DNA of 64,000 nucleotides, from contig CAWJBB010000027.1 in assembly GCA_963840855.1 (NCBI GenBank), positions 185,969 through 249,968 of the forward strand, read 5' to 3'. The notes under the pieces are model-generated. The model was not told the DNA's origin. It saw nothing but the letters and a program-made list of their open reading frames with translations, and did no database searches. Made by a program: the position numbers and the translations under genes. The stretch is from an uncultured delta proteobacterium. Lineage in GTDB: Bacteria; Desulfobacterota; Binatia; UBA9968. Shown piece by piece: positions 41,952 to 53,057 of this stretch; position 1 is the stretch's first letter; each line of letters starts with the position of its first letter.

Positions 41952-42924
41952 ATGAAAGCCATTCGCATTTACAAATTCGGACCGTCGGACGATGTGCTGC
42001 AATACGAAGACGTCCCGGTGCCTGAGCCCAAAGCCGGAGAGGTCCTGATCAAAGTCGAAGCCGCATCGCTCAACCGCGCCGACATCGGCCTCCGTAAAGG
42101 TACCTACCGCATCTCGCCGGATGCGCTGCCTGTGATTCCCGGGCGGGAATTTGCCGGCACGGTCGTCAAGCTCGGCGCAAACGTGAGCGAATTCAAAACC
42201 GGCCAGCGGGTCGTTGCCTATCCGAGCCTAGGCGGTTACGCCGAATACGCCGTCGCAAAAACAACCGAAATCCGCCCAGTCCCCGACGCTGTCACCTCGG
42301 CCCAAGCTGCCGCGCTGCCAACGACTTCTCTGACCGCATGGTTTGGTTTACTGACGGATGGCAATCTCAAAGCCGGTGAGTGGTTGCTCGTTCAAGGCGG
42401 CAGCAGCGGCGTAGGCGTCGCGGCAATCCAGATCGCCAAGCATATCGGCGCGAAAGTCATTACAACTTCCGGCAGTGAAGAGAAGTGTCGACGCCTCCGT
42501 AAACTGGGCGCGGAGGTAACCATCGACGTTTCCGAAAACGATTTCGTGCCCGAAGTGATGCGCGCCACAGATAATCGCGGTGTTGATGTGGTCTTAGAGA
42601 TGATTGGCGGCGAGGTTTATCAGAAAAGCGTTCAGGTCTTGGCCCCGGGCGGCCGACTGTTTTCCATCGGCGGAGCCTTCGGACCGATCCCCGATCCACC
42701 GCCAGCGCTAACGGAAGGACGAAAAGCGACGCGATTTTCGATCACCAATTATTTGAAAGCGAAACCTGAGGATTTCAATCAGCTGGACACGATCTTGAAG
42801 CTGGTCCAAGAAAAGAAATTCGACGTGTGCATTGATAAGAGCTTTCCTTTATGCCGAAACCCGCGCCGCGCAGCGTTACCTCGAAGGCCGCGAGCACTTT
42901 GGCAAAGTCATGTTGACGATGTAA
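41952..42924 (+). CDS. NADPH:quinone oxidoreductase (MDR family; frameshift near 42850)
   Basis: SLNRAD, PGREFAG, GGSSGVG; alternative frame ends LEGREHFGKVMLTM*. Confidence 0.9.
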
Positions 42925-43086
42925 CAGGCCGCTAAAAAACCCATCTGCGTCTTCAGACTGTGTGAAAACCCCGTTCATGGTTCCCTTCGGCGTCGCTCAG
43001 GCGGGCTGGCTCACCACGAACGCGAATCAGACCTTACAAATCAATCATTTAGCGGATCGACGGTTACAATCCACTGGCCCGTTTTT

Positions 43087-44158
43087 GTGCCGTCTGTTAA
43101 AATAGCCGGAGTGGACGCCCTCGATAGAAGAGACCCCGCGGCGACAATCTCGCCCGGGCCAGAGCTTGCCGGGATGAGCGACGACGAGATTCTTCGCCTG
43201 CGCATCTGCGATTTAAAGCTAAAGATTCCGGGCACCGAGTTGGAATCCAGGATCGAAACCTTCTACGGGGAACTGGCGGCCAAAGGCATTTCCGTCAAAC
43301 CCCTTTGCTATCTCGGCGAAGAATGGTTTTGCCCGGAGGGCTGCGCCACTATCGCGATTCCTTTCTATCTTGCCCACCCGCGGCTCAAGAAACTCGAAGA
43401 AAAAATGATGATGGAAGTGGAAGGCGGCACGGAGTCCTGGTGTCTGCGCCTGTTGCGCCACGAAATGGGTCACGTGCTCAATCATACATATCTTCTGGAG
43501 AAAGACAAAAAGTGGCGCAAGCTTTTTGGCTCGCCGTCGCTAGAGTATTCCGAGAGCTACCGCGCCCGTCCCTATAGCAAGCGCTTCGTGCGCCACCTCG
43601 ACGGCTGGTACGCGCAAAGCCATCCCGAAGAAGATTTCGCCGAGACCGTAGCCATTTGGCTCACCCCGGGATTGGATTGGCGGAATCAATACCGTGGCTG
43701 GAAGGCGCTCGAGAAACTCCAATACGTGGATGAGTTTATGGATAAACTGGGCGGCACGCCGCCTCTGAAATTCTCGAAATCGAAGATGGGCGAGGCATCG
43801 CGGCTTCGTTCCCGCCTGTCGGCGTACTACAAGCGGCGGCGGCGCGCTTACGCTCAAGACTTTCCGGACTTTTTCGACGCGGATCTTAAAAAGCTGTTTC
43901 GCCGAACCCGCCCATGCCCCCGACAACGAGCGCGCCGCGGCGTTTATCAAACGCTCGAGCAAGATGATCTTGAATGCCGTTTCCACATGGACGGGCGAGC
44001 CCAAATTCACTCTCGCCCGGGTTCTGCGCGAGCTGACGGAGCGGTGCGCGGAACTGGACCTCCGGCTCAAGGCGCAATCCGCGGGGATCGAGATCAGCGC
44101 CTATCTGGCGACCCTCGCGTCGCACTATCGTTTGACGGGGAGATTCAAGGCAGACTGA
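43087..44158 (+). CDS. Putative zinc-binding metallopeptidase (Peptidase_Mx-like; frameshift near 43900; start uncertain)
   Basis: IAIPFYLAHPRL, LLRHEMGH (HExxH), YAQSHPEEDFAET; real C-terminus in the 43964-44158 frame. Confidence 0.85.
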
Positions 44159-44160
44159 CA

Positions 44161-45195
44161 ATGACGCGCCCGCGCAAACGCTACAAAGTTCTCGTGCTGT
44201 TCGACACGGCCGGCACGCCGCCGGCGGACCAGGACTTCAGCGCGGAACTGAAAACCGACGACTGGGCCGCCGAAGCCCACGTGATTGGGGCGCTCAAGAA
44301 GCTCGGCCATGAAGTGCGCACCCTCGGCATCTGGGACGAGCCTTCCATGATCATCAATGAAATCAAGACGAACCCGCCGGATGTCGTCTTCAATCTCACC
44401 GAGCACTTCAACGAAGTATCGGCCTACGACCGAAACGTTGCGGGGCTGTTGGAAATGATGGGCGTGCCGCACACCGGGTCAAGCCCCACCGGGCTCACGC
44501 TTTGCAAAAACAAAGGTATGGCCAAAGAGCTTCTCACTTATCACAAGATTCGCGTGCCGAACTTTGCGATCTTTCCGCCGGGCTCGTCGATCAAGCGGCC
44601 GAGACAGCTCAAGTTCCCGCTCTTCATCAAACCCCTCAAAGAAGAAGGCTCTGTGGGGATTTCATTGGACTCTTTCGTGGAAAACGACGAGGCCTTCGAG
44701 GAGCGGGTGCGCTTCATCCATGAAAGTTTAAATCAAGAGGCGTTGGCCGAAGAATATATAGACGGCCGCGAACTGTATGTGAGCATTCTGGGCAACGACC
44801 GCCTGCGGGTTTTTCCCTTCAGAGAAGTCATATTCACCGAAGTGCCCGAGGGCCAGCCGAAATTTTCGACGTACAAAGCTAAATGGGACAAAGCCTACCG
44901 CAAACGCTGGGGCATAAAAAACATTTTCGTCGAGCCGCTGCCCGAGGGCATGACGCAGCAGATAACTACAATGTCCAAAGCGGCCTATCGCGCCCTGCGC
45001 ATGCGCGGTTACGGCCGTATCGACCTGCGTGTGACATCGAGTGGTGAAATCGTAATCCTGGAAGCGAACCCCAATCCCAATCTCGACCGCGACGACGAGT
45101 TTGCCCAGTCGGCGATGAAGGCGAATGTTACCTACCCGCGCTTGATTCAACGCATTCTCGCCCTGGCGCTGAACGGCGCTCCCCAATACATGTGA
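44161..45195 (+). CDS. D-Ala-D-Ala ligase-like ATP-grasp protein
   Basis: VVFNL.E, HTGS, FIKP..EEGSVGI, EEYIDGRE, GYGRIDLR, LEANPNP. Confidence 0.88.
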   Translation: MTRPRKRYKVLVLFDTAGTPPADQDFSAELKTDDWAAEAHVIGALKKLGHEVRTLGIWDEPSMIINEIKTNPPDVVFNLTEHFNEVSAYDRNVAGLLEMMGVPHTGSSPTGLTLCKNKGMAKELLTYHKIRVPNFAIFPPGSSIKRPRQLKFPLFIKPLKEEGSVGISLDSFVENDEAFEERVRFIHESLNQEALAEEYIDGRELYVSILGNDRLRVFPFREVIFTEVPEGQPKFSTYKAKWDKAYRKRWGIKNIFVEPLPEGMTQQITTMSKAAYRALRMRGYGRIDLRVTSSGEIVILEANPNPNLDRDDEFAQSAMKANVTYPRLIQRILALALNGAPQYM

Positions 45196-45396
45196 AGCCG
45201 AGTAACTGTGATGCTCTCTCCGCATGTGACAACATTGCGCCCGCAGTCACCGGGGACTTGCCTAGTCACGCTTAAATTTTCCGGTCGTCAGAAACTCGAA
45301 TGCGAGGAGATTGAACTCGACGCCAGAGGACGCATGAGCACGGCCAAGTACGGAAGGGTAAACAATTCGATTGATCTAAAGAACGATTTCACTATT

Positions 45397-45470
45397 TTTC
45401 TCCGACACTTTGCGTCCTTTGCGTCTTTGCGCGAGATATTCCTAGTTTCGGTTGGGGCGTAGCCGGGCTA
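45397..45470 (-). repeat. Dispersed intergenic repeat, copy of the 34308 family
   Basis: Minus strand AACCGAAACTAGGAATATCTCGCGCAAAGACGCAAAGGACGCAAAG. Confidence 0.65.
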
Positions 45471-45494
45471 GGCTCTCTGTGGTTAAATTCGTAT

Positions 45495-46046
45495 TTATTT
45501 CTTGCCGATCTTGGCGAACTCTTCGAGAAACGTTCCCGCCTTGAAGTCAGGGTTGATCTTTGGCTGGTCGCCTTTGTAGATGATATTGAGCTCCCCCATG
45601 TATTCTTGAATCGGCAGCGGCTTGATGGCAAAGACCATCGCCGGCTCATCGCTCGTGATATGGTGCTGGTGCCAAACGCCCTGGCCGATGTAAAGCGTAT
45701 CTCCAGGTTTCCAATCGATACGCTCGTCATCAAGGATACTGTAACCCTGGCCGCGTAACACGATGATGATCGCCTCGTTGTGTTTGTGCGTGACCGAATG
45801 GGAGTGCGGCGGATAGATGTGACAGTCGACTTCGATGATGCGATTTTCGAAGCCGAGTTCCTGTGACACCAGCGGCCCCATCCACACCCCGTTCTGAGCC
45901 TCCCATTCGACTTTGACGTCCTCGCCCTTGATCGCTTTACGACCCGCCTTGCGCCGCGCCATGTCGGCCTTGACGCGCTCGGCGCGCGATTTGAACAGCG
46001 AGCTTTTCCCCTCGAACCATTTTTCGTTGCTCTCGTGATCAGCCAT
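45495..46046 (-). CDS. Cupin domain protein
   Basis: HKHNEA...GQGYS and WKPGD..YI...WHQH motifs. Confidence 0.88.
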   Translation of the reverse strand: MADHESNEKWFEGKSSLFKSRAERVKADMARRKAGRKAIKGEDVKVEWEAQNGVWMGPLVSQELGFENRIIEVDCHIYPPHSHSVTHKHNEAIIIVLRGQGYSILDDERIDWKPGDTLYIGQGVWHQHHITSDEPAMVFAIKPLPIQEYMGELNIIYKGDQPKINPDFKAGTFLEEFAKIGKK

Positions 46047-46205
46047 CCTACAATTCCCCTTTCTTCGTGACTGCGGATTCTTGCGACCGTCCGCTTTTAC
46101 GCGGCGCGGCAGTGGACTGTGATTTTGTTATACGGGGCGTTACATCTTGTCAAGAAAGGGTGCTGCGCATCTGCGAGAGACCCTTGAGTATCTCACCGAT
46201 CTTTT

Positions 46206-47411
46206 TCACCGATACAACAGGCACGAATTGCGCTCATCGAGCCAAGCCGCTTCATCGGTCATCGCCATGGCGTCGAGATCGGCGGGCGCGGCCTCGCTAT
46301 CATCGACCCATTGGCGCAACAGTTCGCTGCCGTTGATGAGATCAATGGTGAGGCGATCGTTTTCATACTCATAAGGAAAGTCACGCCACAGATCGTAGTC
46401 GGGTCGCAGTGCTCGCAATGACTTGAATGCGAGCGCCATCAGGCGCCACGGCTTGAAACTCTCGTGGTTGTAACTCGCATCGTCAACATGTATCTGCATG
46501 CCCGCGCAGAGCTTGCCCGCGTGTTTGTGAAACGTCGGCTCGAACCAGCATTCGCGCAGGCGGCAGCCGCGCAGCCACTCGGGCGCGAGGGATTCCATTT
46601 TGGCGAGCAGCGCCCGAGGTTCGAGCTCGGGCGCGCCGAACAGCTCTAACGGCCGCGTGGTCCCTCGCCCTTCGGACAGCGTCGTACCCTCCAGCATCAC
46701 CGTCCCGGCGTAGCAGCGCGCCATCCATAGATTGGGCGCGTTGGGACTGGGATTGACCCATGTGCGTTCGTCGAGCGGCCAGCCATAGCCCGGCGCGCGC
46801 GCCGGCTCCCAACCCTCCATGGTCACGACATTAAATTCGACATCGAGACGAAGCGTTTTCACGAACCAATTCGCCAGCTCACCTAATGTCAGACCGTGAC
46901 GCATCGGCAATGGTCCCGCTCCGACAAAGCTCTCCCATCCCGGACGAAGCCTTAGTCCTTCCACTGGCCGCCCCACGGGATTGGGACGGTCGAGCACCCA
47001 CACCGCTTTGCGGTGCTGTGCCGCCGCTTCGAGAACGTAACGCAGTGTCGTGATGAACGTGTATATCCGGCAACCCAAATCCTGCAGATCGACGAGCAGG
47101 ACATCGAAGGTGTCCATCATCTGCGGCGTCGGCCGGCGCACTTCGCCGTAAAGACTAAAAACGGGCATCCCGTGCGTCGAGTCGTGGAAGTCCGGCGACT
47201 CAATCATGTTGTCTTGTTTATCGCCGCGCAGCCCATGCTGCGGGCCGAAGGCGGCGGTTAGTTTGATATCTCTAAGCGTTGCCAGCGCATCAAGCGCGTG
47301 GGTCAGGCCGCGCGTCACCGACGCGGGGTGCGCGAGCAGCGCGACGCGTTTTCCCGCCAACGGCTTTCGTAGTTTGGGGTTCTCGAGGAGGCGATCGATG
47401 CCGAACTTCAT
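46206..47411 (-). CDS. DUF1343 / exo-beta-N-acetylmuramidase NamZ-like protein
   Basis: FGPQHG, SLYGE, DLQDLGCRIYTF, LDRPNP, SEGRGTTRP. Confidence 0.9.
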   Translation of the reverse strand: MKFGIDRLLENPKLRKPLAGKRVALLAHPASVTRGLTHALDALATLRDIKLTAAFGPQHGLRGDKQDNMIESPDFHDSTHGMPVFSLYGEVRRPTPQMMDTFDVLLVDLQDLGCRIYTFITTLRYVLEAAAQHRKAVWVLDRPNPVGRPVEGLRLRPGWESFVGAGPLPMRHGLTLGELANWFVKTLRLDVEFNVVTMEGWEPARAPGYGWPLDERTWVNPSPNAPNLWMARCYAGTVMLEGTTLSEGRGTTRPLELFGAPELEPRALLAKMESLAPEWLRGCRLRECWFEPTFHKHAGKLCAGMQIHVDDASYNHESFKPWRLMALAFKSLRALRPDYDLWRDFPYEYENDRLTIDLINGSELLRQWVDDSEAAPADLDAMAMTDEAAWLDERNSCLLYR

Positions 47412-48013
47412 GGTTTGCTAGTATAAGCGATAGACTCGACGCCAGCCAGCGGCGGCTGAATCTCTAGAATGAAACTATTTGGATGATGGAAGTCGGGTTT
47501 GCCCGCCGGATGCTTAAGCGCCCAGTAGGAAAGCCGGCCGTCGGTGTCTTCAATGACCGCCGAAAGCCCAATCCGTAAACTCGCTCCCTGCGCTATCGTA
47601 AGTAGCCGATCCAAGCGCATAACCGCGTCGATCTCCAATGTCTCGGCTTCCCGGCGCACAGCGATCTTCGGTTCGAGTCCGTCGTCATCGATCGGCCCGC
47701 CGTCGCGATAATCACGGAAGCGGTATGCCGCCCATTCGCGCGAGGGAGAGAAATTGAATTCATAGTACTCCGGCTTGCCCAACTCACCGACGAAAGCTTC
47801 GAAGCATGAATGTTCCCAGAGCCGATCCGCCCAGCGGGGTGTCCGCGGCGGTGGAACCCTGATGCGGGCGTTGTCTCCTTTAAGAAGGTAAGTGAGAGAA
47901 AGTGATCGTGGCTCTGTCCAACACACACGTACCTCGATGACGAGTTCGGCATGATAACAATGAGTTTCAGGATGGCGGGTCAGCGTGGAAGAATAGAGTT
48001 CGGTAGGTATCAT
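47408..48013 (-). CDS. DOMON-like domain protein
   Basis: LWEHSCFEAF, YYEFNFSPS.EW, LSAVIE, SYWAL.H...PDFH; overlaps the DUF1343 start. Confidence 0.85.
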   Translation of the reverse strand: MIPTELYSSTLTRHPETHCYHAELVIEVRVCWTEPRSLSLTYLLKGDNARIRVPPPRTPRWADRLWEHSCFEAFVGELGKPEYYEFNFSPSREWAAYRFRDYRDGGPIDDDGLEPKIAVRREAETLEIDAVMRLDRLLTIAQGASLRIGLSAVIEDTDGRLSYWALKHPAGKPDFHHPNSFILEIQPPLAGVESIAYTSKP

Positions 48014-48278
48014 TGCTCCGGTCAATCGCAAACAATGGCTACTGCGCCTTGTCAAACTAAATTGCTGGCCAGGATTGTCATGCCTTTCCAGGGGCTTGTC
48101 AACGATTATAAAACTCCTCCGTCGACCGGTTTCCTGCGTGTCGGATTGGATGCGCGTCAACTTCGGAAAACTGGTGGCGCTCCCGCGCACCTGTGGTTCG
48201 GCATTGCCTTGACAGCCTAACGAGCGACGAATAAATTCCAACACGGACGATTCATATCCGGAATAGTAAGGAGTTTTC

Positions 48279-48995
48279 ATGGCTGCCAGTCAAAAAGATG
48301 TGCCTAAAATCAACTCGTCGGAATTGACAGAGCTGACGGAAAAATTGATGACCGCCTGCCATATTCTCGATCACGAAGGCGTCACCGACGGTTACGGGCA
48401 TATCAGCGTGCGCGTGCCCGGCGCGGACGCGTTCATCACCATCGCCAATGTCAGTCCCGGCTGCGTCACCCGCGACCGGCTGATCATGCAGGATCTCGAC
48501 GGCAATTACCTCGACGGCGCCAAGACGCCGCCCAACGAATGGCCGATCCATTCGTGCATTTTGAAAGCGCGCCCGGAAATCGTCAGCGTCGCGCACACGC
48601 ACTCGAAGTGGAGCACAATCTTCAGCGTGTTGCCGATCAAGCTCAAGCCCATGCACCACTATGGCAAATTTCTTTCCGCCGACGGCCCGCCGGTATACCA
48701 AGGAATCGGCCTGGTGCGCACGGTGGAGCGCGGCAACGAGTTGGCGGCCGCCCTTGGCAACGGACCGGCGGTTTTGATGCGCGCCCATGGCGACGCGGTA
48801 GTCGGCGAAAGCGTCGAGCAGGTCATCGAGCGCACGACGCGGCTCGCCATGCTCGGCGAATGGAATCATTTGGCCATGCTGCACGGCGAACCGAGGTACC
48901 TGACCGCCGAGGAGCTCGAAGTCTACAACGCCGACCAGCGTTTCCCAATGCGCGGTTGGGAGTATTTCGTCAGCCGGCTGAACGCAAAGAAATAG
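48279..48995 (+). CDS. Class II aldolase/adducin family protein
   Basis: GHISVR, EWPIH, AHTHS, LMRAHG. Confidence 0.9.
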   Translation: MAASQKDVPKINSSELTELTEKLMTACHILDHEGVTDGYGHISVRVPGADAFITIANVSPGCVTRDRLIMQDLDGNYLDGAKTPPNEWPIHSCILKARPEIVSVAHTHSKWSTIFSVLPIKLKPMHHYGKFLSADGPPVYQGIGLVRTVERGNELAAALGNGPAVLMRAHGDAVVGESVEQVIERTTRLAMLGEWNHLAMLHGEPRYLTAEELEVYNADQRFPMRGWEYFVSRLNAKK

Positions 48996-49079
48996 GATGG
49001 AATGTTGGATCTACGGAAAGCGCAGCATTCCAGTTTTCCAATATTGCAGTACTCCAGCATTCCAATATTCCACTATTCA
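48996..49079. repeat. Octamer (TATTCCAA/TACTCCAG-type) intergenic repeats
   Basis: CATTCCAGTTTTCCAATATTGCAGTACTCCAGCATTCCAATATTCC; related TGGAGTG runs at ~53066. Confidence 0.55.
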
Positions 49080-49121
49080 ATTTAATACCGTAGGTTTATT
49101 TTTGCCCAGGAGGAAAGTAAC

Positions 49122-49802
49122 ATGGCCACGTCCGCAGAATTCGTCACCCAGCTCAAAAAAGATATCCAGGCGTTTCCGAAGATCCGCATCAAACATCCGT
49201 TCTTGAAGGCGGTGTGCAATGGCACCGCGACCATGGAGCAGATCCGCGCCTGGGCGATTCAGGACTATCAGTTTCGCGCCGCCGTGCCGCGCATCGCCAT
49301 GCTGCGCTACTTGGCCTGTAACGATCCCGAGATCGCCCAGAAACTATGGGGCGTCGTCGAGGAAGAAACCCGCGGCCTGGACACCGGCAGCGCCGGCCAC
49401 AACGAGCTGGCGATCCGTTTCGCCGAATCCATCGGCCTATCGAAAAATCAACTCGAAAACGCCGAGCTACGCCCGTCCACCGCGGCTCATCTCTATTACG
49501 TCGAGCTGATCATTCACACCCTGCCCTGGTTCGTCGTCATGTCGATTCAGATCGGCGCCGAAGGAACCTTCGGTCCGGCTGCGGCGGCGATCGGCAACGG
49601 CTTGATCAAAAACTACCAGATGAAGCCCGACGACGTCCGTTTCTTCACCGTCCATTCGGAAGCGGATGAAGATCACAGCAGCCTCGCGGAAGAAATCGCG
49701 GTGCGCTATCTTCACTCTCCGCATCTACAGGAACAGACGCGCAAGCACACCTTCCGGCGCATGGAGTTGCTCTATGATATTTGGTCCATCGACGGTTTCT
49801 AG
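49122..49802 (+). CDS. TenA/PqqC/CADD heme-oxygenase-like protein
   Basis: HPFL, EEE...H, GAEG, FFTVHSEADEDH metal ligand pattern. Confidence 0.85.
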   Translation: MATSAEFVTQLKKDIQAFPKIRIKHPFLKAVCNGTATMEQIRAWAIQDYQFRAAVPRIAMLRYLACNDPEIAQKLWGVVEEETRGLDTGSAGHNELAIRFAESIGLSKNQLENAELRPSTAAHLYYVELIIHTLPWFVVMSIQIGAEGTFGPAAAAIGNGLIKNYQMKPDDVRFFTVHSEADEDHSSLAEEIAVRYLHSPHLQEQTRKHTFRRMELLYDIWSIDGF

Positions 49803-49834
49803 AGCCGCGTTTGTGAGAATTAGTTGACTCGGCA

Positions 49835-49904
49835 TGTCATTCTGAGGAGCGATCGCGACGAAGAATCTAATTTCTTTAGATCCTTCACTTCGTTCAGGAT
49901 GACA
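49835..49904. repeat. REP-like palindrome
   Basis: TGTCATTCTGA...GAAGAATCT...AGATCCTTC...TCAGGATGACA. Confidence 0.65.
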
Positions 49905-49932
49905 CACAAGACATAGAGCAGAAAAAGAGGCA

Positions 49933-50942
49933 ATGGCGAAACTGACCTTAGGCTTCATTTCCGCGTTCAACGAGCGGGTCGAGCCGTTAATGAACGGAGC
50001 CGTCGAGGCGGAGGGAGTCGAATTGATTCCCACCTACTCCCATCCCGCGGAGACTTTCTGGCGCCAACTCAAGTTCGGCGAGTTCGAAGTGGCCGAGATG
50101 TCCATGTCATCGTACCTGATCGCCCGCTCCCAGGGCGCCGACATGATCGCGCTGCCGGTTTTTCCAAGCCGGCGCTTGTTTCAAACCGAGCTTTCGTATC
50201 ACGTTGATTCCGGCATCACGAAACCCGAAGACCTGGCCGGCAAACGATTGGGCGTGGCCGAGTATCAACAGACGGCGGCGCTCTGGATACGAGGAATACT
50301 CGAGCATGATTTCGGCGTCTCCCAGTACAAGATTCACTGGTACATGGAACGAAGCGAAGAGATGAGCCACGGCGGCGCCACCGGTTTCAAGCCGCCGGCG
50401 GGAATTTCATTCAACCGCATCGCGCAGAACAAGAGCCTCGCGTCGACGCTTCTGGAAAACGAGTTGGACGTCGCGCATATCGCGAGCCCCTGGGTGCTCC
50501 AGGCCAATGCCCTGGATCGTTCCAGCCGCATCGCGGTAAAGGAGACCGGAGCAAGATCAAAGCGTTGTTCCCGGATCGCATGGCCGAAGGCAGCCGCTTT
50601 CATAAGAAGCACGGGTTTCTACCCGTCAACCACACCTACATCATCCGCGGCGACATCCATAAAAAATATCCCTGGCTTGCTGTCACTCTCTACGCTGGCT
50701 TTGTCAATGCCAAAGTCCTTGCCCGCGAGAAAATGCTCGAGCGTATACCAAGCGCGCTTTTCTTCGGTTCCGAGTATGCCGCAATGACCCGCGGCATGAT
50801 CGGGGATGACCCATTCCCCTACGGCGTCAAGGCCAATCGAGCAATGCTCGACACCATCATCGGTTATTCTCACGAGCAAGGGCTCACGCCAAGAAAAATG
50901 ACCGTTCCGGAATTGTTCGCGGAAAGCACCCTCGAACTGTGA
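49933..50942 (+). CDS. 4,5-dihydroxyphthalate decarboxylase-like protein, copy 1 (frameshift near 50540)
   Basis: AEMSMSSY, ALPVFPSR, EYQQTAALW.RG, DPFPYG..AN, HEQGL. Confidence 0.8.
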
Positions 50943-50981
50943 CTTCCAAATCGTCTCTTCGAGATCGGAAAGGCAGAAAGT

Positions 50982-52004
50982 ATGACACTAAAACGCAGCG
51001 TTTTTCTGACAGGTACCCTGAGTCTTTTTATCTTCACCGTTAATCATTATGCGGGCGCGCAAAGCCCGGACCCAAAGGTGATCGAGGGCGCAAAAAAAGA
51101 AGGCCAGATGGTTTTCTACACGACGATGACCCTGGACCAGAGCAAAGAAGTTGTCGACCGCTTTCAGAAAAAGTATCCGTTCATCAGGCCGACGCTCTTT
51201 CGCACGGGCGGCGGTCCCCTGCTCAACAAGATTATTACCGAAGCACGCGGCGGCCTCCATGCCTGGGACGTGGTTGCCGGCCGCGCCGAAATGTATATGC
51301 CGCTGATGGAGCGAAAATTGTTAGCCTCTTATCGCTCGCCGGAGACCAAGGCGATCGATGACGATCTGGTCGACAGAGAAGGATACTGGACGGCTTACTA
51401 TGTGGTCACGTACGTCTTAGGGTGGCATACCAAATTGGTCAGGCGCGAGGACGTCCCCAAAACCTACGAGGCGCTGGTCGAGCCGAAGTGGAGGGGCGAC
51501 CAGTTATCCTTCGATAACGAGGCCTATGGCATGCTGCAAGGGCTCATGCGCGCCTGGGGCCGGGAGAAGGCCATCGCTTATTTCAGGAGAATTGCCGCCA
51601 ACAACCCATCCATGAAGCGCGGAAACACTGAACGGGTCGCCCTCGCGGCGGCCGGCGAGTATCCATTGACGGTCGCATACAACCAGACGCTCGAGCGCAT
51701 GGTCGCCAGAGGCGCGCCCATCGACTGGTTGCCGCTGGAGCCCGCAGTGGTGAGCGCCTTTCCGATCATGCTCGCCGCCAAGGCGCCCAACCCCAACGCC
51801 GCGCGGCTTTACTACGACTTCAGCCTGTCCAAGGAAGGCCAGGAGATGATGCGCGGCATGCAGCGCATCCCGGTGCGCAAGGACGTGGAACCCAATCCGC
51901 CCCGGCTTTTTAGAGGTTACAAAAGGGTGGTGGAGAATCCTGAAGACTACAAAGACTTCGAAGGACTGGTGAAACTCTATAATGAGATCTTCAAGCTCCG
52001 ATAA
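50982..52004 (+). CDS. Extracellular solute-binding protein (Fe3+/SBP_bac type)
   Basis: Signal peptide; GAKKEG, YWT, PKTYEAL..PKW, APNPNAARL..DF.LS.EGQ. Confidence 0.88.
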   Translation: MTLKRSVFLTGTLSLFIFTVNHYAGAQSPDPKVIEGAKKEGQMVFYTTMTLDQSKEVVDRFQKKYPFIRPTLFRTGGGPLLNKIITEARGGLHAWDVVAGRAEMYMPLMERKLLASYRSPETKAIDDDLVDREGYWTAYYVVTYVLGWHTKLVRREDVPKTYEALVEPKWRGDQLSFDNEAYGMLQGLMRAWGREKAIAYFRRIAANNPSMKRGNTERVALAAAGEYPLTVAYNQTLERMVARGAPIDWLPLEPAVVSAFPIMLAAKAPNPNAARLYYDFSLSKEGQEMMRGMQRIPVRKDVEPNPPRLFRGYKRVVENPEDYKDFEGLVKLYNEIFKLR

Positions 52005-52043
52005 TCGATATAGGCCAGGCTGCTCAGACCCTGGGAGAAAAAT

Positions 52044-53057
52044 ATGCCCAAGCTTAAACTGAGTTTCATTTCCGCATTCAACGAACGGGTCGAACCGCTG
52101 ATGAAAGGCATCGTCCAAGCCGAGGCGATTGAGATCGTGCCCACTTATTCGCACCCATCGGAGACTTTCTTACGCCAGCTCAAAAATCAGGAGTTTCCGG
52201 TCGGCGAGATGTCGATGTCGTCTTATCTGATTGCCCGCGAGCGTGGCCTCGACATGATCGCGCTGCCGGTTTTTCCCAGCCGGCGGCTGTTTCACACCGA
52301 GCTTTCCTATCACACCGACTCTGGAATCAAAAAACCTGAAGACATCGTTGGCAAACGCATCGGCGTCAGCGAATATCAGCAAACCGCGGCGCTCTGGCAG
52401 CGCGGCATCCTCGAGCACGACTTCGGCGTGTCGCAGCATAAAGTCCATTGGTTCATGGAGCGCACCGAGGAGCTGAGCCATGGCGGTGTGACCGGCTTCA
52501 CCCCACCAGAAGGTATTTCGTTCCAGCGCGTGCCGCCGGACAAGAGCCTGGCATCGATGCTGGTGAACAATGAACTGGACATCGCGGCGATCAACAGTCC
52601 GTGGAACAATTCCCCAAACCAACTCGGCCGCTCGCACCGCATTACCGGCTCAGACGGCGACTGGAGCAAAGTGAAGCTGCTGTTTTCCGACCGTATGGCC
52701 GAGGGTAAACGCTTCTTCGACAAGTGGAGTTTTTTACCGGTGAACCATGCCTACACGATTCGCGGGGATATCTATCGAAAACATCCTTGGGTCGCTTTCA
52801 ACTTGTATAGCGCCTTTGTCAAAGCCAAAGAGCTCTTCAACGCCAAGTTAGTCGATAGCATTCCGTCGGGACTCTTCTTCGGCAAAGAATATTTGACCAA
52901 GACTCAGGAAATGTTTGGCAGCGATCCTTTCCCGTACGGCATCAAAGCCAATCGGAAAATGCTCGAAACTCTCATCGACTTTTCCCACGAGCAGGGACTG
53001 ATCACGAAGAAGCCTAATATCGAAGAGCTGTTCGCTGAAAGCACATGGGAGCTGTGA
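52044..53057 (+). CDS. 4,5-dihydroxyphthalate decarboxylase-like protein, copy 2
   Basis: Close paralog of 49933; same motifs. Confidence 0.8.
   Translation: MPKLKLSFISAFNERVEPLMKGIVQAEAIEIVPTYSHPSETFLRQLKNQEFPVGEMSMSSYLIARERGLDMIALPVFPSRRLFHTELSYHTDSGIKKPEDIVGKRIGVSEYQQTAALWQRGILEHDFGVSQHKVHWFMERTEELSHGGVTGFTPPEGISFQRVPPDKSLASMLVNNELDIAAINSPWNNSPNQLGRSHRITGSDGDWSKVKLLFSDRMAEGKRFFDKWSFLPVNHAYTIRGDIYRKHPWVAFNLYSAFVKAKELFNAKLVDSIPSGLFFGKEYLTKTQEMFGSDPFPYGIKANRKMLETLIDFSHEQGLITKKPNIEELFAESTWEL

Noticed and set aside
43087-45195. 702-aa peptidase-ATP-grasp fusion protein
   Set aside because: The linker is off-frame junk; the true peptidase C-terminus is in the 43964-44158 frame and the ligase has its own ATG at 44161.
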